A stretch of DNA of 38,482 bases, taken from positions 1 to 38,482 of IMG/VR virus record IMGVR_UViG_3300035307_000034. One strand, given 5' to 3'. Below, in pieces: positions 17,708 to 27,549 of the stretch. The stretch's first letter is position 1. Each line of letters starts with the position of its first letter. The notes beneath the pieces are model-generated. The model searched no databases, had not been told where the DNA came from, and saw nothing but the letters and a program-made list of their open reading frames with translations. A program made the translations under genes and the position numbers. The stretch comes from a virus. Taxonomy: Duplodnaviria; Caudoviricetes.

Positions 17708-18088
17708 TCACTCAAGAGGAATTGAGACTGGGCTTCTATCGATCTGCTTTTCCGCCTGCAAAGCAACGAGCGGACGACTAGGTGTTTCCTTCCATCCTTC
17801 CTGTTTGAGAATCGGGAGCTCCTCAGGAAAAAATCCAACAATCACAAGCCCCTGATATTTTGGCGAAAAGAAATACGCCGCAGAAGTTATGATCCTAACG
17901 GTCTCTCTTAGAATAGACGCCCGATCCCCTCTGATGTGTCCAAGGTTAAAAGTAATCTTACTTGTCGGGGTCTTTGCTGCATAGAGATGGATGCTGTCGA
18001 CGCCGACTTTCCCTTTGTCGAAAGGTCCCGCAGCAAATGCCGTTATCTTGTGGCGAAGCGCGTCTTGCCAGTCTCGTCCCATCGTCAT
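17708..18088 (-). CDS. Hypothetical protein
   Basis: ATGA overlap with the upstream phosphatase. Confidence 0.5.
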   Translation of the reverse strand: MTMGRDWQDALRHKITAFAAGPFDKGKVGVDSIHLYAAKTPTSKITFNLGHIRGDRASILRETVRIITSAAYFFSPKYQGLVIVGFFPEELPILKQEGWKETPSRPLVALQAEKQIDRSPVSIPLE

Positions 18089-18525
18089 AGTTCGGCTCCA
18101 TCCGTAACTTGACAGCAAAATATTCCATTCCGCCGCCACATATCCACACAACGCTGACGGTCTTCAAACGCAATGTCGGGGACTTCGCCCCATGCTGTGA
18201 TGATCTCCGCTAGCAAGTCCTGTTTTACAGTATCGTCGGGGCGATAGTCATGAGCAGGACGAAAATACATCGCATCGGCAGCTAAATCGTGCCTCTTAAG
18301 CCAAAGCTCTGTTGCTGGACGACATCCTTCATTGCGACCACTACAAACCAAGATCGTTGCGCCATAGCGCTTCAATGCGCGCCAGATAGTGGCTGTTGCG
18401 TCGATAATAGCATCCTCGTCAAGCGCAGCATAGAACGCCTCCCGACTGGGAGGCGTCTTCTGCACATGATAACGCCGATGGGCACAATCAGCGACTGTCC
18501 CATCAAGATCGAAAATCGCGATCAT
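18085..18525 (-). CDS. HAD-superfamily phosphatase (T4 PseT/PNKP 3'-phosphatase-like)
   Basis: DLDGT, CSGR, RP.HD.RPDD.VK, FEDR..CVDMWR..GI.C.QV. Confidence 0.88.
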   Translation of the reverse strand: MIAIFDLDGTVADCAHRRYHVQKTPPSREAFYAALDEDAIIDATATIWRALKRYGATILVCSGRNEGCRPATELWLKRHDLAADAMYFRPAHDYRPDDTVKQDLLAEIITAWGEVPDIAFEDRQRCVDMWRRNGIFCCQVTDGAEL

Positions 18526-18788
18526 TTCGGGCCTTCCTCGTCTAACGCAGCATGAAGTTGCGCCTTCAGATCGGCCCTAACGTCGACAAAAACGTCATCG
18601 CATCCAATAGCGATAGAGTACATTACGATAGCTATTCCGCCTAATCCGCCAATAAATATGGCGAACAAGCGCACAGAAGTCAGATTATGATCAAAGACGC
18701 CAGAAAGCAGCATGATCAAAACACTAGCAAGAAATATACCTTCTCCTAGCGTCGCAAAATCTAGTTTCTTTTTATTGTCAACTATCAT
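18522..18788 (-). CDS. Membrane protein
   Basis: Two hydrophobic helices. Confidence 0.55.
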   Translation of the reverse strand: MIVDNKKKLDFATLGEGIFLASVLIMLLSGVFDHNLTSVRLFAIFIGGLGGIAIVMYSIAIGCDDVFVDVRADLKAQLHAALDEEGPK

Positions 18789-19213
18789 GCTGATCTCGTT
18801 TCAAGGCTATGTACAAATTTCGTGAGGGTCGCCATGAACTGCTCCTGGGCGGCTTTGTCTCCTACGTTAGCGAGCAAAGCAGCTTCGCGTTTTTGGACTT
18901 CGACAGAGAATAACTCCATCGCCTTACGCCCAGCCTTAGTGATAGTTATGGCCTTGCTCTTTTGATCGTACATCTTTCGGTTAATAAAACCTTTTTGGAC
19001 GAGTCTTTCAACAACATCGCTGGTGGTAGAACGGTCGATCTTGGTTGACGCTGATATCTCGGAAATCGCATCCACTCCGCCATCCTCTAGCGCAGCTAAT
19101 GCGGCGTACTGCGAAGAAGTAAGGGCTGCATTGCGATGACGACCGCTCTTAACCTTCGCCACGTTATCAACACGTCCGAGTAGGTGAAATACAACATCTT
19201 CAACATTTCTCAT
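18785..19213 (-). CDS. MarR-family winged-helix regulator
   Basis: LTSSQYAALAAL...ISEIS....IDRSTTS.VVERLVQKGFINR....ITITKAG. Confidence 0.85.
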   Translation of the reverse strand: MRNVEDVVFHLLGRVDNVAKVKSGRHRNAALTSSQYAALAALEDGGVDAISEISASTKIDRSTTSDVVERLVQKGFINRKMYDQKSKAITITKAGRKAMELFSVEVQKREAALLANVGDKAAQEQFMATLTKFVHSLETRSA

Positions 19214-19398
19214 TGTAGCTCTGTGTCCTCTTTTGCACATAGAATAGTTCCTACTATTATGGCGACAACGCCATAAGCCCAGACAATAATCTTATACCAA
19301 AACAGCGCGTCGGGAGGTATCGTCAGTATGGCGAACAGCCCTAAAAAACACATCACCGCAAAGAGTAAGATGTTAATAGCTCGCTCTATCTCTTTCAT
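19210..19398 (-). CDS. Small membrane protein
   Basis: Hydrophobic 62-aa ORF with GGAGG RBS. Confidence 0.55.
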   Translation of the reverse strand: MKEIERAINILLFAVMCFLGLFAILTIPPDALFWYKIIVWAYGVVAIIVGTILCAKEDTELQ

Positions 19399-19684
19399 GC
19401 CCCTCCGGTCTCCATTTCAACGACCGATCACCTTCGGTCGCGAGCCTGATCACCATAGCGCCAAGCTGTTCGAGCTCTCTCATTACGTGCTCTGTTGTCG
19501 TCTTTCCTTCTTCAAAGTCAAGAAGAGCCTGAGTGGCTTCTCCAAGCTCCTCAACTAAAGCAGCTATTCGATGGGTGTTCTCTGGGAAAATAGCGCGCGC
19601 CCTGGTCACTTCAGCCAATGCAGCCGCTACGAACGCTGCCTCTTTATCGAATTGTTCCGAGCTTCGCGTCTTCTTCGGTTCCAT
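19373..19684 (-). CDS. MazG-like NTP pyrophosphohydrolase-fold protein
   Basis: ALVEELGEATQA...RELEQLGAM pattern; AGGAG RBS. Confidence 0.6.
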   Translation of the reverse strand: MEPKKTRSSEQFDKEAAFVAAALAEVTRARAIFPENTHRIAALVEELGEATQALLDFEEGKTTTEHVMRELEQLGAMVIRLATEGDRSLKWRPEGHERDRASY

Positions 19685-19698
19685 ACTTCGCGTCTCCT

Positions 19699-19989
19699 TT
19701 AGTGGGAAAAACATACCCATGATAGCCAAACGAAGACAGCAATCCACGCTTCGATAGAGGCCATGTTATTTATGTCGTCCCAATCATCAAGGTCATCTAT
19801 CAGGTTTTCAGCCGCAAGGAATACGATGACCGGAAGAACGGCAAAAGCCAACGCCTTTAAACCCCACACCATTATGCTGAGAACGACCATAAAGGACACA
19901 AGAGGGAAAGCTTCTCGAAGGACGTGATAATAAACCTTTCCGATGGCCAGAGGAAGAGCCAAGATGATTATAGCGTATCTTCGTCCCAT
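19699..19989 (-). CDS. Membrane protein
   Basis: Hydrophobic segments. Confidence 0.5.
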   Translation of the reverse strand: MGRRYAIIILALPLAIGKVYYHVLREAFPLVSFMVVLSIMVWGLKALAFAVLPVIVFLAAENLIDDLDDWDDINNMASIEAWIAVFVWLSWVCFSH

Positions 19990-20402
19990 ACTTTGCGAGC
20001 GACTATGCGGCTGGATTTTTTCAATTTCACCCACTTGACGTTGTCCTTATTGACAGGCTTGACTTTATCGATCACACGCAACCAGTAGTCAGCACCTGGA
20101 GCTTCGCCAACTTCAGCGAGAAAGACTCTATAGTCGATCCACCTTTTGTCTAACTGTCGCAGGTAACTTCGACGCAAATATCTCCATGCGTAATGAGTTT
20201 TCACGTGAAACTCTGGAGGTCTCGCGTTTACAAACTCTCGACACCCGAAGCAACCTTTAGACTTCCCACTTTTTAGGTTGTCAGCGCGAACCCTACGCCT
20301 AACGCCGCATGTGCAGCGGCAAAGCCAAAACCCAATGTCGGATGGGGCGATAACAGTCCATTTGCCGAAAACTTTCCCAGTTAGGTCTGCTCTTGGCGCC
20401 AT
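19968..20402 (-). CDS. Degenerate homing-endonuclease-like protein (CxC N-domain)
   Basis: DLTGKVFGKWTVI...WLCRCTCG...LKSGKSKGC; eroded RxD...Y..DN..W tail. Confidence 0.65.
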   Translation of the reverse strand: MAPRADLTGKVFGKWTVIAPSDIGFWLCRCTCGVRRRVRADNLKSGKSKGCFGCREFVNARPPEFHVKTHYAWRYLRRSYLRQLDKRWIDYRVFLAEVGEAPGADYWLRVIDKVKPVNKDNVKWVKLKKSSRIVARKVWDEDTL

Positions 20403-20782
20403 CTCCGCTCTTTCAGCATAATATTTCCCGGCTCATAGTTTCGACTGCGATCTTGCCTGACCACACGCTTATCTAGATTATCCCGCCCGACGTACTCCAA
20501 AAAGACGTCCCAGTCCAGCCATTCCTTGCAGAGAAGGTTGTCGTCTCTAAGTTCAGCCCAACAACGTCGAAGAGCTGAACGGCTTAACCCATGAGTGGTT
20601 ATCGCGCAGCTGCGGCATTTTGGCCGGATACCGGACAACCTGACAATGTTTTCGCGGCCGCAGCTGCATCTAACACGACAATAAGTCTTAGACCCACGAT
20701 TCGGAGCGCGGCCTAGGATGACGCGGTCGCCTACCTTTGTCCCGATGAGATCGTCACGCCAGTAACTATGTATGCCCATCAT
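20381..20782 (-). CDS. Degenerate homing-endonuclease-like protein
   Basis: VRCSCG, CRSC..THGLS, LCKEWLDW..F, RQDRSRNYEPGN. Confidence 0.6.
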   Translation of the reverse strand: MMGIHSYWRDDLIGTKVGDRVILGRAPNRGSKTYCRVRCSCGRENIVRLSGIRPKCRSCAITTHGLSRSALRRCWAELRDDNLLCKEWLDWDVFLEYVGRDNLDKRVVRQDRSRNYEPGNIMLKERRWRQEQT

Positions 20783-21252
20783 GCCCCCAAATCATAGACG
20801 TAGACAGGAATGTGCCTCTTGATAAAGTGCTCAAGAATAAGGGGCTCCACTTCGGACCATTCGCCACCTGCCAAGCCACAGCCAATGCGAGGCATATGAA
20901 TACTGTTTCCCATGCCCGACGCCTCCGCGCAAGAGAAGTTCAGAATTTCTCCTAAACATTGAAAGCATTGAGCAAGAGCGTCATATTTAATGCCCAGCGC
21001 ATCAGCTATCATATGACAGGCCAAAACCTTGAATTCGACAGGAGTGAACTTGATCGCGCCGAGTTCGAAAAGTCGTCCAGAAGCATGCCATTCGCGGAAT
21101 TCTTTCTCAGCGACGGGCCAGCGGCGAGTTAAAGCGTCCGCAAAGCTTCCGCTCCATTTCCCTTGGACGTTGCAAAGATGGGCAATAATGCGAGCTTGGT
21201 TGCCACAGTCTACAGGCCGAGTCGCGTCGCCCGTCAGATAGGTTATTGTCAA
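20779..21252 (-). CDS. Macrodomain (Appr-1-p processing / ADP-ribose hydrolase-like) protein
   Basis: YLTGDAT, IIAHLCN..GKW, IHMPRIGCGLAGGEW. Confidence 0.88.
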   Translation of the reverse strand: MTITYLTGDATRPVDCGNQARIIAHLCNVQGKWSGSFADALTRRWPVAEKEFREWHASGRLFELGAIKFTPVEFKVLACHMIADALGIKYDALAQCFQCLGEILNFSCAEASGMGNSIHMPRIGCGLAGGEWSEVEPLILEHFIKRHIPVYVYDLGA

Positions 21253-21539
21253 TGCATCACCTCTTTATCGTCCATTATCTTAACGATGATGTAGGCTAAC
21301 GTCTCGGCGTAGTCTGCGCGCCCCGAAGCGTAAGTTTCAGCGCGGAACATCACATAGGAAGGGATGTTGACGCCCCGGCGATATGCTTCATCCAGAAGTT
21401 CAAAGCATAAGGACTGGATAAATCGTGGCTTACCCGATGGCTCTATGGGCTCATACACTGACATATCCACTAACGGCGCGTTGACTGCGTGGTTGACTAT
21501 GTCAAGAAATGGCCTCATCTGCGCTTTTATCATGGACAT
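21249..21539 (-). CDS. Hypothetical protein
   Basis: ORF in operon; start uncertain. Confidence 0.5.
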   Translation of the reverse strand: MSMIKAQMRPFLDIVNHAVNAPLVDMSVYEPIEPSGKPRFIQSLCFELLDEAYRRGVNIPSYVMFRAETYASGRADYAETLAYIIVKIMDDKEVMH

Positions 21540-21864
21540 GCCTTTCAATTGCCTGGATGGCCTGTGTGAGAAACGCTTCACGTTCGTCTTCCATGAAGCA
21601 ACCGTCACCTCGGGGCTGCGCCTCAAAGACGAGAGTTCCGCCAACGTCAGGGCAGGTTACAGTGAAATTGCCATGGCGAAGACGAAGATACCCGACTTGA
21701 CGCTTGCCGAGATAAGCGTCGTATTGCTCTGGGCAAGCTCCGCAGGTCAGGGCAAGCTTGATCCTCGTGTTCTGAGTGACAGCGGCAATCTGTTCTTTTA
21801 TGATCTGCTGTTCTTTCTCATAGTCTTCAGCGAGACGCTGGGCGTAAGTGGATAACGTTTTCAC
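21502..21864 (-). CDS. Hypothetical phage protein
   Basis: TCGACPEQYDA.....VGYLRLRHG motif. Confidence 0.6.
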   Translation of the reverse strand: MKTLSTYAQRLAEDYEKEQQIIKEQIAAVTQNTRIKLALTCGACPEQYDAYLGKRQVGYLRLRHGNFTVTCPDVGGTLVFEAQPRGDGCFMEDEREAFLTQAIQAIERHVHDKSADEAIS

Positions 21865-22214
21865 AATAATTTCCTTTCGATTATTTTCCGGATGTTCTTC
21901 AGCTTTTCGGTGTCAGGAATGTTGCTGTTCAAATTGAAGTAGACCCAACCGAGCTTCTCGCTAAGTTCGCGGAAGGCGGCTCGCTCTTCTTCGAACGCTT
22001 CTCCAGCCGCTTGGATCGGAACGCCTGGAACGGCAAAGACCTTTCCGCTATTCCAATCGAAGCCCAAAGAGAAGCCGGTGATCGGAATCGTTGGAAGGCC
22101 ACCAACAGAGCCAGACAAAGTCTTCCGCGCGACAACGATAGAAGATTCTCCATCTCTGTCCAAATAACGCATAAGCGTCTCTATCGCGCGAGAAACTGTA
22201 ATGCTTTCCGTCAT
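21861..22214 (-). CDS. Hypothetical protein
   Basis: ORF in operon. Confidence 0.55.
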   Translation of the reverse strand: MTESITVSRAIETLMRYLDRDGESSIVVARKTLSGSVGGLPTIPITGFSLGFDWNSGKVFAVPGVPIQAAGEAFEEERAAFRELSEKLGWVYFNLNSNIPDTEKLKNIRKIIERKLL

Positions 22215-22342
22215 TTAATCCCCATAAAAATGATAATCGTCATGCCGAGAACTAAAACAACCAAAGCTAGGATCTCGCCTTCCATATTTGCTCTCCATTA
22301 GCCTTAAGAAAGCTGGACCCTACGTCAGGTGGGATTCGCGTG

Positions 22343-22735
22343 TCAAGCAGAAACCGAAGCGCGCCACCGAGCATAATGAAGCTCCAATTCTTTAAGATCA
22401 CGCTTGCCTTTAACAGTAAGGTTTACGATGCGATTGTCACATTTTTCGCCGTTGATATGCGAGACGAAAGCGGGAGTCCAGTTAAAAAGATAGAGAAGCG
22501 CCAGCCTGTGGGCGAGGTTGCGCTGGCCATCAATGGCGATGACGAGATGCTTGTCACGTGGGCATTTGAAACCCGCAGGCGAGCCGCGTAGCTGACGGCC
22601 CTGGGAAACCCGCCACCGAAAAATCCCAGTGTCGGGATCATACGTCAGAAAACGTTTTAGCTTCGCTTGCGTCATGTTTTGCCCCATGCTCTGCGTCGGC
22701 TTCGCCTTCATACTTCGTGTCTCCTGCGGCTCCAT
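22343..22735 (-). CDS. HNH endonuclease, truncated (no AP2 domain)
   Basis: LTYDPDTGIFRW, AHRLA, VSHINGEKCDNRIVNL. Confidence 0.75.
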   Translation of the reverse strand: MEPQETRSMKAKPTQSMGQNMTQAKLKRFLTYDPDTGIFRWRVSQGRQLRGSPAGFKCPRDKHLVIAIDGQRNLAHRLALLYLFNWTPAFVSHINGEKCDNRIVNLTVKGKRDLKELELHYARWRASVSA

Positions 22736-23099
22736 GCTTGCCTCCTTTAAGATGGAAGCGACGATACATCAGAACGACGGATTCGGGAAGTCTGCCGCCG
22801 TAAAAAAATGTTATCGGCGACGCCTTCAAAAAAAATGAGGGGGCCTCGAACGCGAAACGGGGGGGCGGGGATAGCGGAAAGGCGATTCTGGCCAAGGGGG
22901 AACCTAGGATAAACGCGTTTAAAGTATTCGGGGAAATGTCGTTCTTGAGAGGAAAACTCGCGGTCGATGAGCCGACGGATGGCTTTGGTATGGGGAATGC
23001 GAAGTCAGCCGTTGGGATAATGCCCGATGGTTAAGCCAAAAAACAAGGAATACGGCGTGTAATAGAAACTGTACGGCATCAGAATTTTTGGCGCGTGGG

Positions 23100-23489
23100 T
23101 TAGGGGACTTCCTCACCCAAATAATGAAGAGCGGCATCGCGATAGGCATCATAGGCTTTAGCGCGGTCATAGAAATACCCGAGACGTATACGTTTCCGCC
23201 GGACAATGATGTAACCTTCCCACATCTTTCGGTCAGCGTCAAAACGAACGCCTTTGAACTTACGCTGACGAATCTTTCTCGGCGGAGGGTCGCCATTAAC
23301 GTACAAGTAAGCAAGATGATTCGCCGAAAAAACTTTGCCGTCAATCTCAATCAGGCGATACCCGTCCTGGTCAGTCCAGGTGGCAAGGTCACCAGCTTTC
23401 GAGCCTCCATGCGCAACCCGCCACCGGAAGTCGCCGGTCTGTGGCTCATAGTCCAAAAGGCTCTTTAAGTATGCTTGTGTAGTCGTCAC
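23100..23489 (-). CDS. HNH-AP2 endonuclease derivative lacking the HNH core
   Basis: LDYEPQTGDFRW...ANHLAYLYVNG joined directly to AP2-like FKGVRF...W...I....IRLGYF....AY..AA. Confidence 0.7.
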   Translation of the reverse strand: MTTTQAYLKSLLDYEPQTGDFRWRVAHGGSKAGDLATWTDQDGYRLIEIDGKVFSANHLAYLYVNGDPPPRKIRQRKFKGVRFDADRKMWEGYIIVRRKRIRLGYFYDRAKAYDAYRDAALHYLGEEVP

Positions 23490-23773
23490 TGTGGCTCGCG
23501 AGGCTTCTTGCTGCGCTTAAAAATTTCGGCGCGCAATTCAGGGATGTCCCGAATAAGTTCAAGAATAGTCCAAATGTGAGAGGGAGGAGGAACCATTCGT
23601 ATCCATTCCCGGATAGTGGGATAGTCAATGCCAAGAGCTCGCCCAAATTTAGCCGCATCTAAACCAAGAGATTTAAGCTCCGACTTGAATTGAGACGTAA
23701 TCTCTTTGCGCTGTCGGACTTCACTAACCGTATAACCTCTGCGTATGGCCGTTCCGCTAAGCTCTTCTGTCAA
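23486..23773 (-). CDS. HTH (XRE-like) DNA-binding protein
   Basis: LKSLGLDAAKFGRALGIDYPTIREW. Confidence 0.65.
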   Translation of the reverse strand: MTEELSGTAIRRGYTVSEVRQRKEITSQFKSELKSLGLDAAKFGRALGIDYPTIREWIRMVPPPSHIWTILELIRDIPELRAEIFKRSKKPREPQ

Positions 23774-23952
23774 TATTCTTCTCTTTTCCTATATGGTTAA
23801 TACGTCACTGTTTTTTGTTATACAAGTCGCCGCTTTAAAAAAACAGGCCCCTCTTAAGCGAATTTTTCTCATCGTTCCAAAATTTTTGGCGCGTGGGAAA
23901 GGGATGCTCCATCCACGCGCCTCTGGCGTCTTGTTCCACGTCGCGTTCCGCT

Positions 23953-24258
23953 TCAAGTGAATCGTTTTCCCATAGTGTTACCTTTCTCGAAAGGCTTCCC
24001 TCTAGGCTTAACCTCTATAGGATACGCTCTCTTGTACTCCGCAAGGGCTGAATAATCAGCCTCGAACAAAGCAAGCTGCCTCATAGCCCAAACAGGAGCC
24101 TCGACAAATGGTCGTTGCCCACACCAGGATTTAACCGCGTCAGGCGAAACGCCTATGGTTAAAGCATACGTGCGAGACGTAAAGCCAAGAGCAGTGATGC
24201 GGCTGAGGAAATCGTGGCCCGGATTTTCGGGCGCAAAAGTAGGGGAATTCTCCGTCAT
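23953..24258 (-). CDS. HTH DNA-binding protein
   Basis: ALGFTSRTYALTIGVSPDAVKSW; C-terminal PRGKPFEKGN. Confidence 0.6.
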   Translation of the reverse strand: MTENSPTFAPENPGHDFLSRITALGFTSRTYALTIGVSPDAVKSWCGQRPFVEAPVWAMRQLALFEADYSALAEYKRAYPIEVKPRGKPFEKGNTMGKRFT

Positions 24259-24513
24259 GTCTTCTTACTCCTATTCAATACCAATATCCTATATTCTTCA
24301 CACTCCCTTAAATCAGATAAGATTACCCATACATAAGAAGGAGGTGGGATTAACCGTATCCAGTTCCGAACAGTCATCGGATGGATGTTAAAAGCTCGCG
24401 CAAATCGCGCCGCATTTAGACCAAGCTCACGTAGTTCCGCCTTAAATTGTGACGTGATCTCTTTACGGAGAGCAGTTTCTTCAGTCGTGTAATGAGAAAT
24501 TATAGCTTCCCTA

Positions 24514-24693
24514 CAAAGAGGTAGGACTTTACCCTTTGCAAAAGTGTTTTACCGGGAAAATCGGTGCCTTAGGGTATAGTCTTACCCCTTTTTGGTGCTT
24601 GTAAAGGGCTGTTTACGCCGAAAAAGCTCTCCGTTGTATGGATTAAGCTCAAAAGCGCCGCCTAAAGCAGTCCAAAGAGGTAGGACTTTACCC
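24514..24693. repeat. 21-bp direct repeat CAAAGAGGTAGGACTTTACCC (24514-24534, 24673-24693)
   Basis: Exact copies, each followed by similar GCAAAAG...GGGRAAATCGG. Confidence 0.75.
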
Positions 24694-24816
24694 TTTGTGG
24701 AGGCAAAAGCCGGGGAAATCGGAGACAAAAGATGGGAGCATAGGTTTGCGTCCGTAGGGTGAGGGGCGGATTCCAAAAAATTCTGGCGCCAAGAAACAGG
24801 GGTGTCCCCTAAAACT

Positions 24817-25311
24817 TCAATCGAACCTAGCAAACTCTCCAAAATGATGACGAGCAGCTACACGATAAGCTTCATGAGCCTCCTCAGGAGTAGAGAAGTA
24901 ACCGAGATGGATGTTCCGGCGATTGACCTTTATCCGGCTTCGCCACTTTCTTTTCTGCTGGTGAAACCCAACCCCTTTGAAACCAGAACGATTATGAGAT
25001 GGACGTTTGCAATTGGCGCTGTTCTGAAATGGAGTAGCTGGACGAAGGTTGGAAATTCGATTGTCAAGGGTGTTCCCATCTCGATGACCAATTCTCGGAG
25101 GAACATAACCATGGACATAGAGAAATGCTAGCCGATGTGATGAGTAACGCTTGTTATCTATTTGTATGTAATGGTAAAATCCGTATTTGTCACGCCTCGT
25201 TGTCCCCGCCACAGTACGTTTTAGGCCAGAGCCTTTGTCGATAAGCCACGTAAAAATCCCGGTGCAGGGGTCGTAAGTAAGTATCTTCTTGAGGTATTCT
25301 TGGGTAATCAT
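24817..25311 (-). CDS. HNH-AP2 homing endonuclease
   Basis: SHRLAFLY, GHRDGNTLDNRISNLR, SGFKGV...KWRSRI...HLGYF..PEEA..AY..AA...FGEFA. Confidence 0.9.
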   Translation of the reverse strand: MITQEYLKKILTYDPCTGIFTWLIDKGSGLKRTVAGTTRRDKYGFYHYIQIDNKRYSSHRLAFLYVHGYVPPRIGHRDGNTLDNRISNLRPATPFQNSANCKRPSHNRSGFKGVGFHQQKRKWRSRIKVNRRNIHLGYFSTPEEAHEAYRVAARHHFGEFARFD

Positions 25312-27051
25312 GGGTCGATGTTAACATGCGGACCCAACTTGACAACCCGCTCATGAGGAAAAGTTCCGTATAGGGGATAGGGGAGCCGGACCAGGGTCAG
25401 GGGCGGCGAAGGAGGGGGTACACCCCTCCGTACACCCCCAATATGGAACCTTATACTGAAGGTCAGCCTACAGACCGACAGTGGGATGAGCATAGGGCAC
25501 TGAATATCCGACGACAGATCGGGGAATGCTAGCGATATCAATGACTTAGCGAAACGTTATGGGAAATGTAGAATGGCAATTAGACGCGTTCCATTCTTAC
25601 GCGTGTTGCATATGAACGATGGATGTTCGATTCGCATAAACCCTATTATGGAATGTACATATCTTTGCGTATTTGAATATACGAAACTGCGACGCGCTAT
25701 CGCCACGATTGCACACTGATTGTCCGAATTTGGAGCGTTTTTGGCAGTCTACGGCGGTGAATTGTGGCGGAATTGTGGCGAGAATGTGACGCATGACGTT
25801 GCTGCGAGGTTGTCTCAGCCCGGCAATTTTGATCATTTTTGGGGAAATTGAGCGTTTTTGCCACATTTTCGCCATAATTGAGACACATTTGGAGCAAATC
25901 TCGCGCGTGTGTGGGGTGCTGTGAGCGACTGAGCCCCACTTTTCCCTCCGCTTTCACCTTATTTAGCCCGAATTTGGCTATCTTTCCCTTCGCTTTCACC
26001 TTATTCCGCCCCATTTTGGCGTGTTTTCCCTCCACTTACCCAATTCCCGCTTGTGTCGCCTACTTTTCACCGATTACGTTACTTTTCCTTGGTCTTTTCA
26101 CCTATACCGTCACCCATCTGTCTAGTGTCTATAGACAAATTTTCTGGCTTCCGTGACGTTTTTTTTGGGCGCGTGTTTTAAACTGCTTTTTTTTGCCATC
26201 TACGTCATTCGACGTTGCCTCCACACTGGCGGAAAGATTAGGTTTGATTGCTGATGACACTTGAACTTTAGAGGCTTCCTTACGCTTCTATAAGCTTTCT
26301 AGACGCTATCAATTTAGAGGGCGTTTTGGGGCTTTTCTCGCCTGTTGCGTTGTTTCTGCTTTCGTGGGTTGCTTTCTGGTCTTTACCTTAGTCTATATAG
26401 CTTAAGTTTGAGGGGATTTCCCTTTTCTTTGGCGCCGAAAATTTTGAGGCGTCTACGCAGTACGGGCGTCCGGAATTTTCGCCTAGCCGCTTATCTCTCG
26501 TGTCGTTTACTGCTGTGCTATCCGCTTGACCTAGCCCCTTATGCTGACTGGCCTTTTCTTAGCTTCTTTTAATGGTTCTGAACTGGGAATTTCCCTTCTT
26601 TGTTGCGCCGAAAATTTTGCGCCAGAGACATAGCGGCAACTTTCGCGGACTTCCGTTGATATCATTGAACAATTTCCGCTCAATCTAGCCGACTCGTCGC
26701 TCGTGAACCATGTTCATTTTGCAGCTCGGAGCGCATAGAACATTCATCTGACGTTTTTGTTCTCACGTGGTTCGCGTAGTTATCAACACCTGACGCTAAC
26801 GTTAGGGAATATTTTTTCACTCACGTATTTTTTTGTTGCCGTCGCACGTAGGAGTCGCTAGGGTTGTTTTCAAGGCGGATGTAACTCTGCTGAGTTGACT
26901 GGCAGTGGCGCTTCTCCGGGAGGGAATATCCCTTTCTTTTGGCGCCGAAAATTTTCGGTAAACCTTTGAGTAGCCTACGCATTTTGATCTTTGAAAATTG
27001 AATATCCTTCTGTGCTTTCCTACCATAGGCCAACTCTTAGGAGATACGCCT

Positions 27052-27273
27052 ATGACCTTAGAAAGTATGGTTCGCTGGAGCGAACGTAAACTATTCGACG
27101 GTAGATATCTGACTCGCCATGGCGTCTCTATGTTTGGGCGTTGTGTGCGAGTTTGCGAGAATACCATTGAGATAGCTACGCCCAATAGTGAGCAACCTGG
27201 ATTTAACGCCAGCGTGCTCATTATCGGATTTTTCTCAATTCAGCGTATCACCTTCAACCCTAGGAAAGCCTAA
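27052..27273 (+). CDS. Hypothetical protein
   Basis: AGGAG RBS before ATG 27052. Confidence 0.5.
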   Translation: MTLESMVRWSERKLFDGRYLTRHGVSMFGRCVRVCENTIEIATPNSEQPGFNASVLIIGFFSIQRITFNPRKA

Positions 27274-27533
27274 TGAACCATTGGACTCAGACGATAGCGC
27301 CTAAGCATGATGCATGGTATGCGGCGATGAATGAATTTAATCGCCAAGCTGGATTGCTGCGAGCCGAACGGGACTTACGCATTAGAATACGTATCTCGCA
27401 TAGGCAACTGATACGCGAACGGCATAAGCCAAGCGCTTTCGCGCTGCAACAACGTTATCTAGACTTTATTGACCGCGAATATGCATTCTGTAACGCTAAG
27501 ATTGAAGCGTTACGCCCTATTTACCCTAGATAG
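27273..27533 (+). CDS. Hypothetical protein
   Basis: TAATG coupling. Confidence 0.55.
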   Translation: MNHWTQTIAPKHDAWYAAMNEFNRQAGLLRAERDLRIRIRISHRQLIRERHKPSAFALQQRYLDFIDREYAFCNAKIEALRPIYPR

Positions 27534-27549
27534 CGTTTCACATGAAACG
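27534..27549. promoter_or_regulatory. parS-like palindrome CGTTTCACATGAAACG
   Basis: One mismatch to the GTTTCACGTGAAAC core; intergenic. Confidence 0.5.

Noticed and set aside
25308-26572. Short ORFs in the divergence region
   Set aside because: No RBS or motifs, biased composition, and they overlap DNA repeats.
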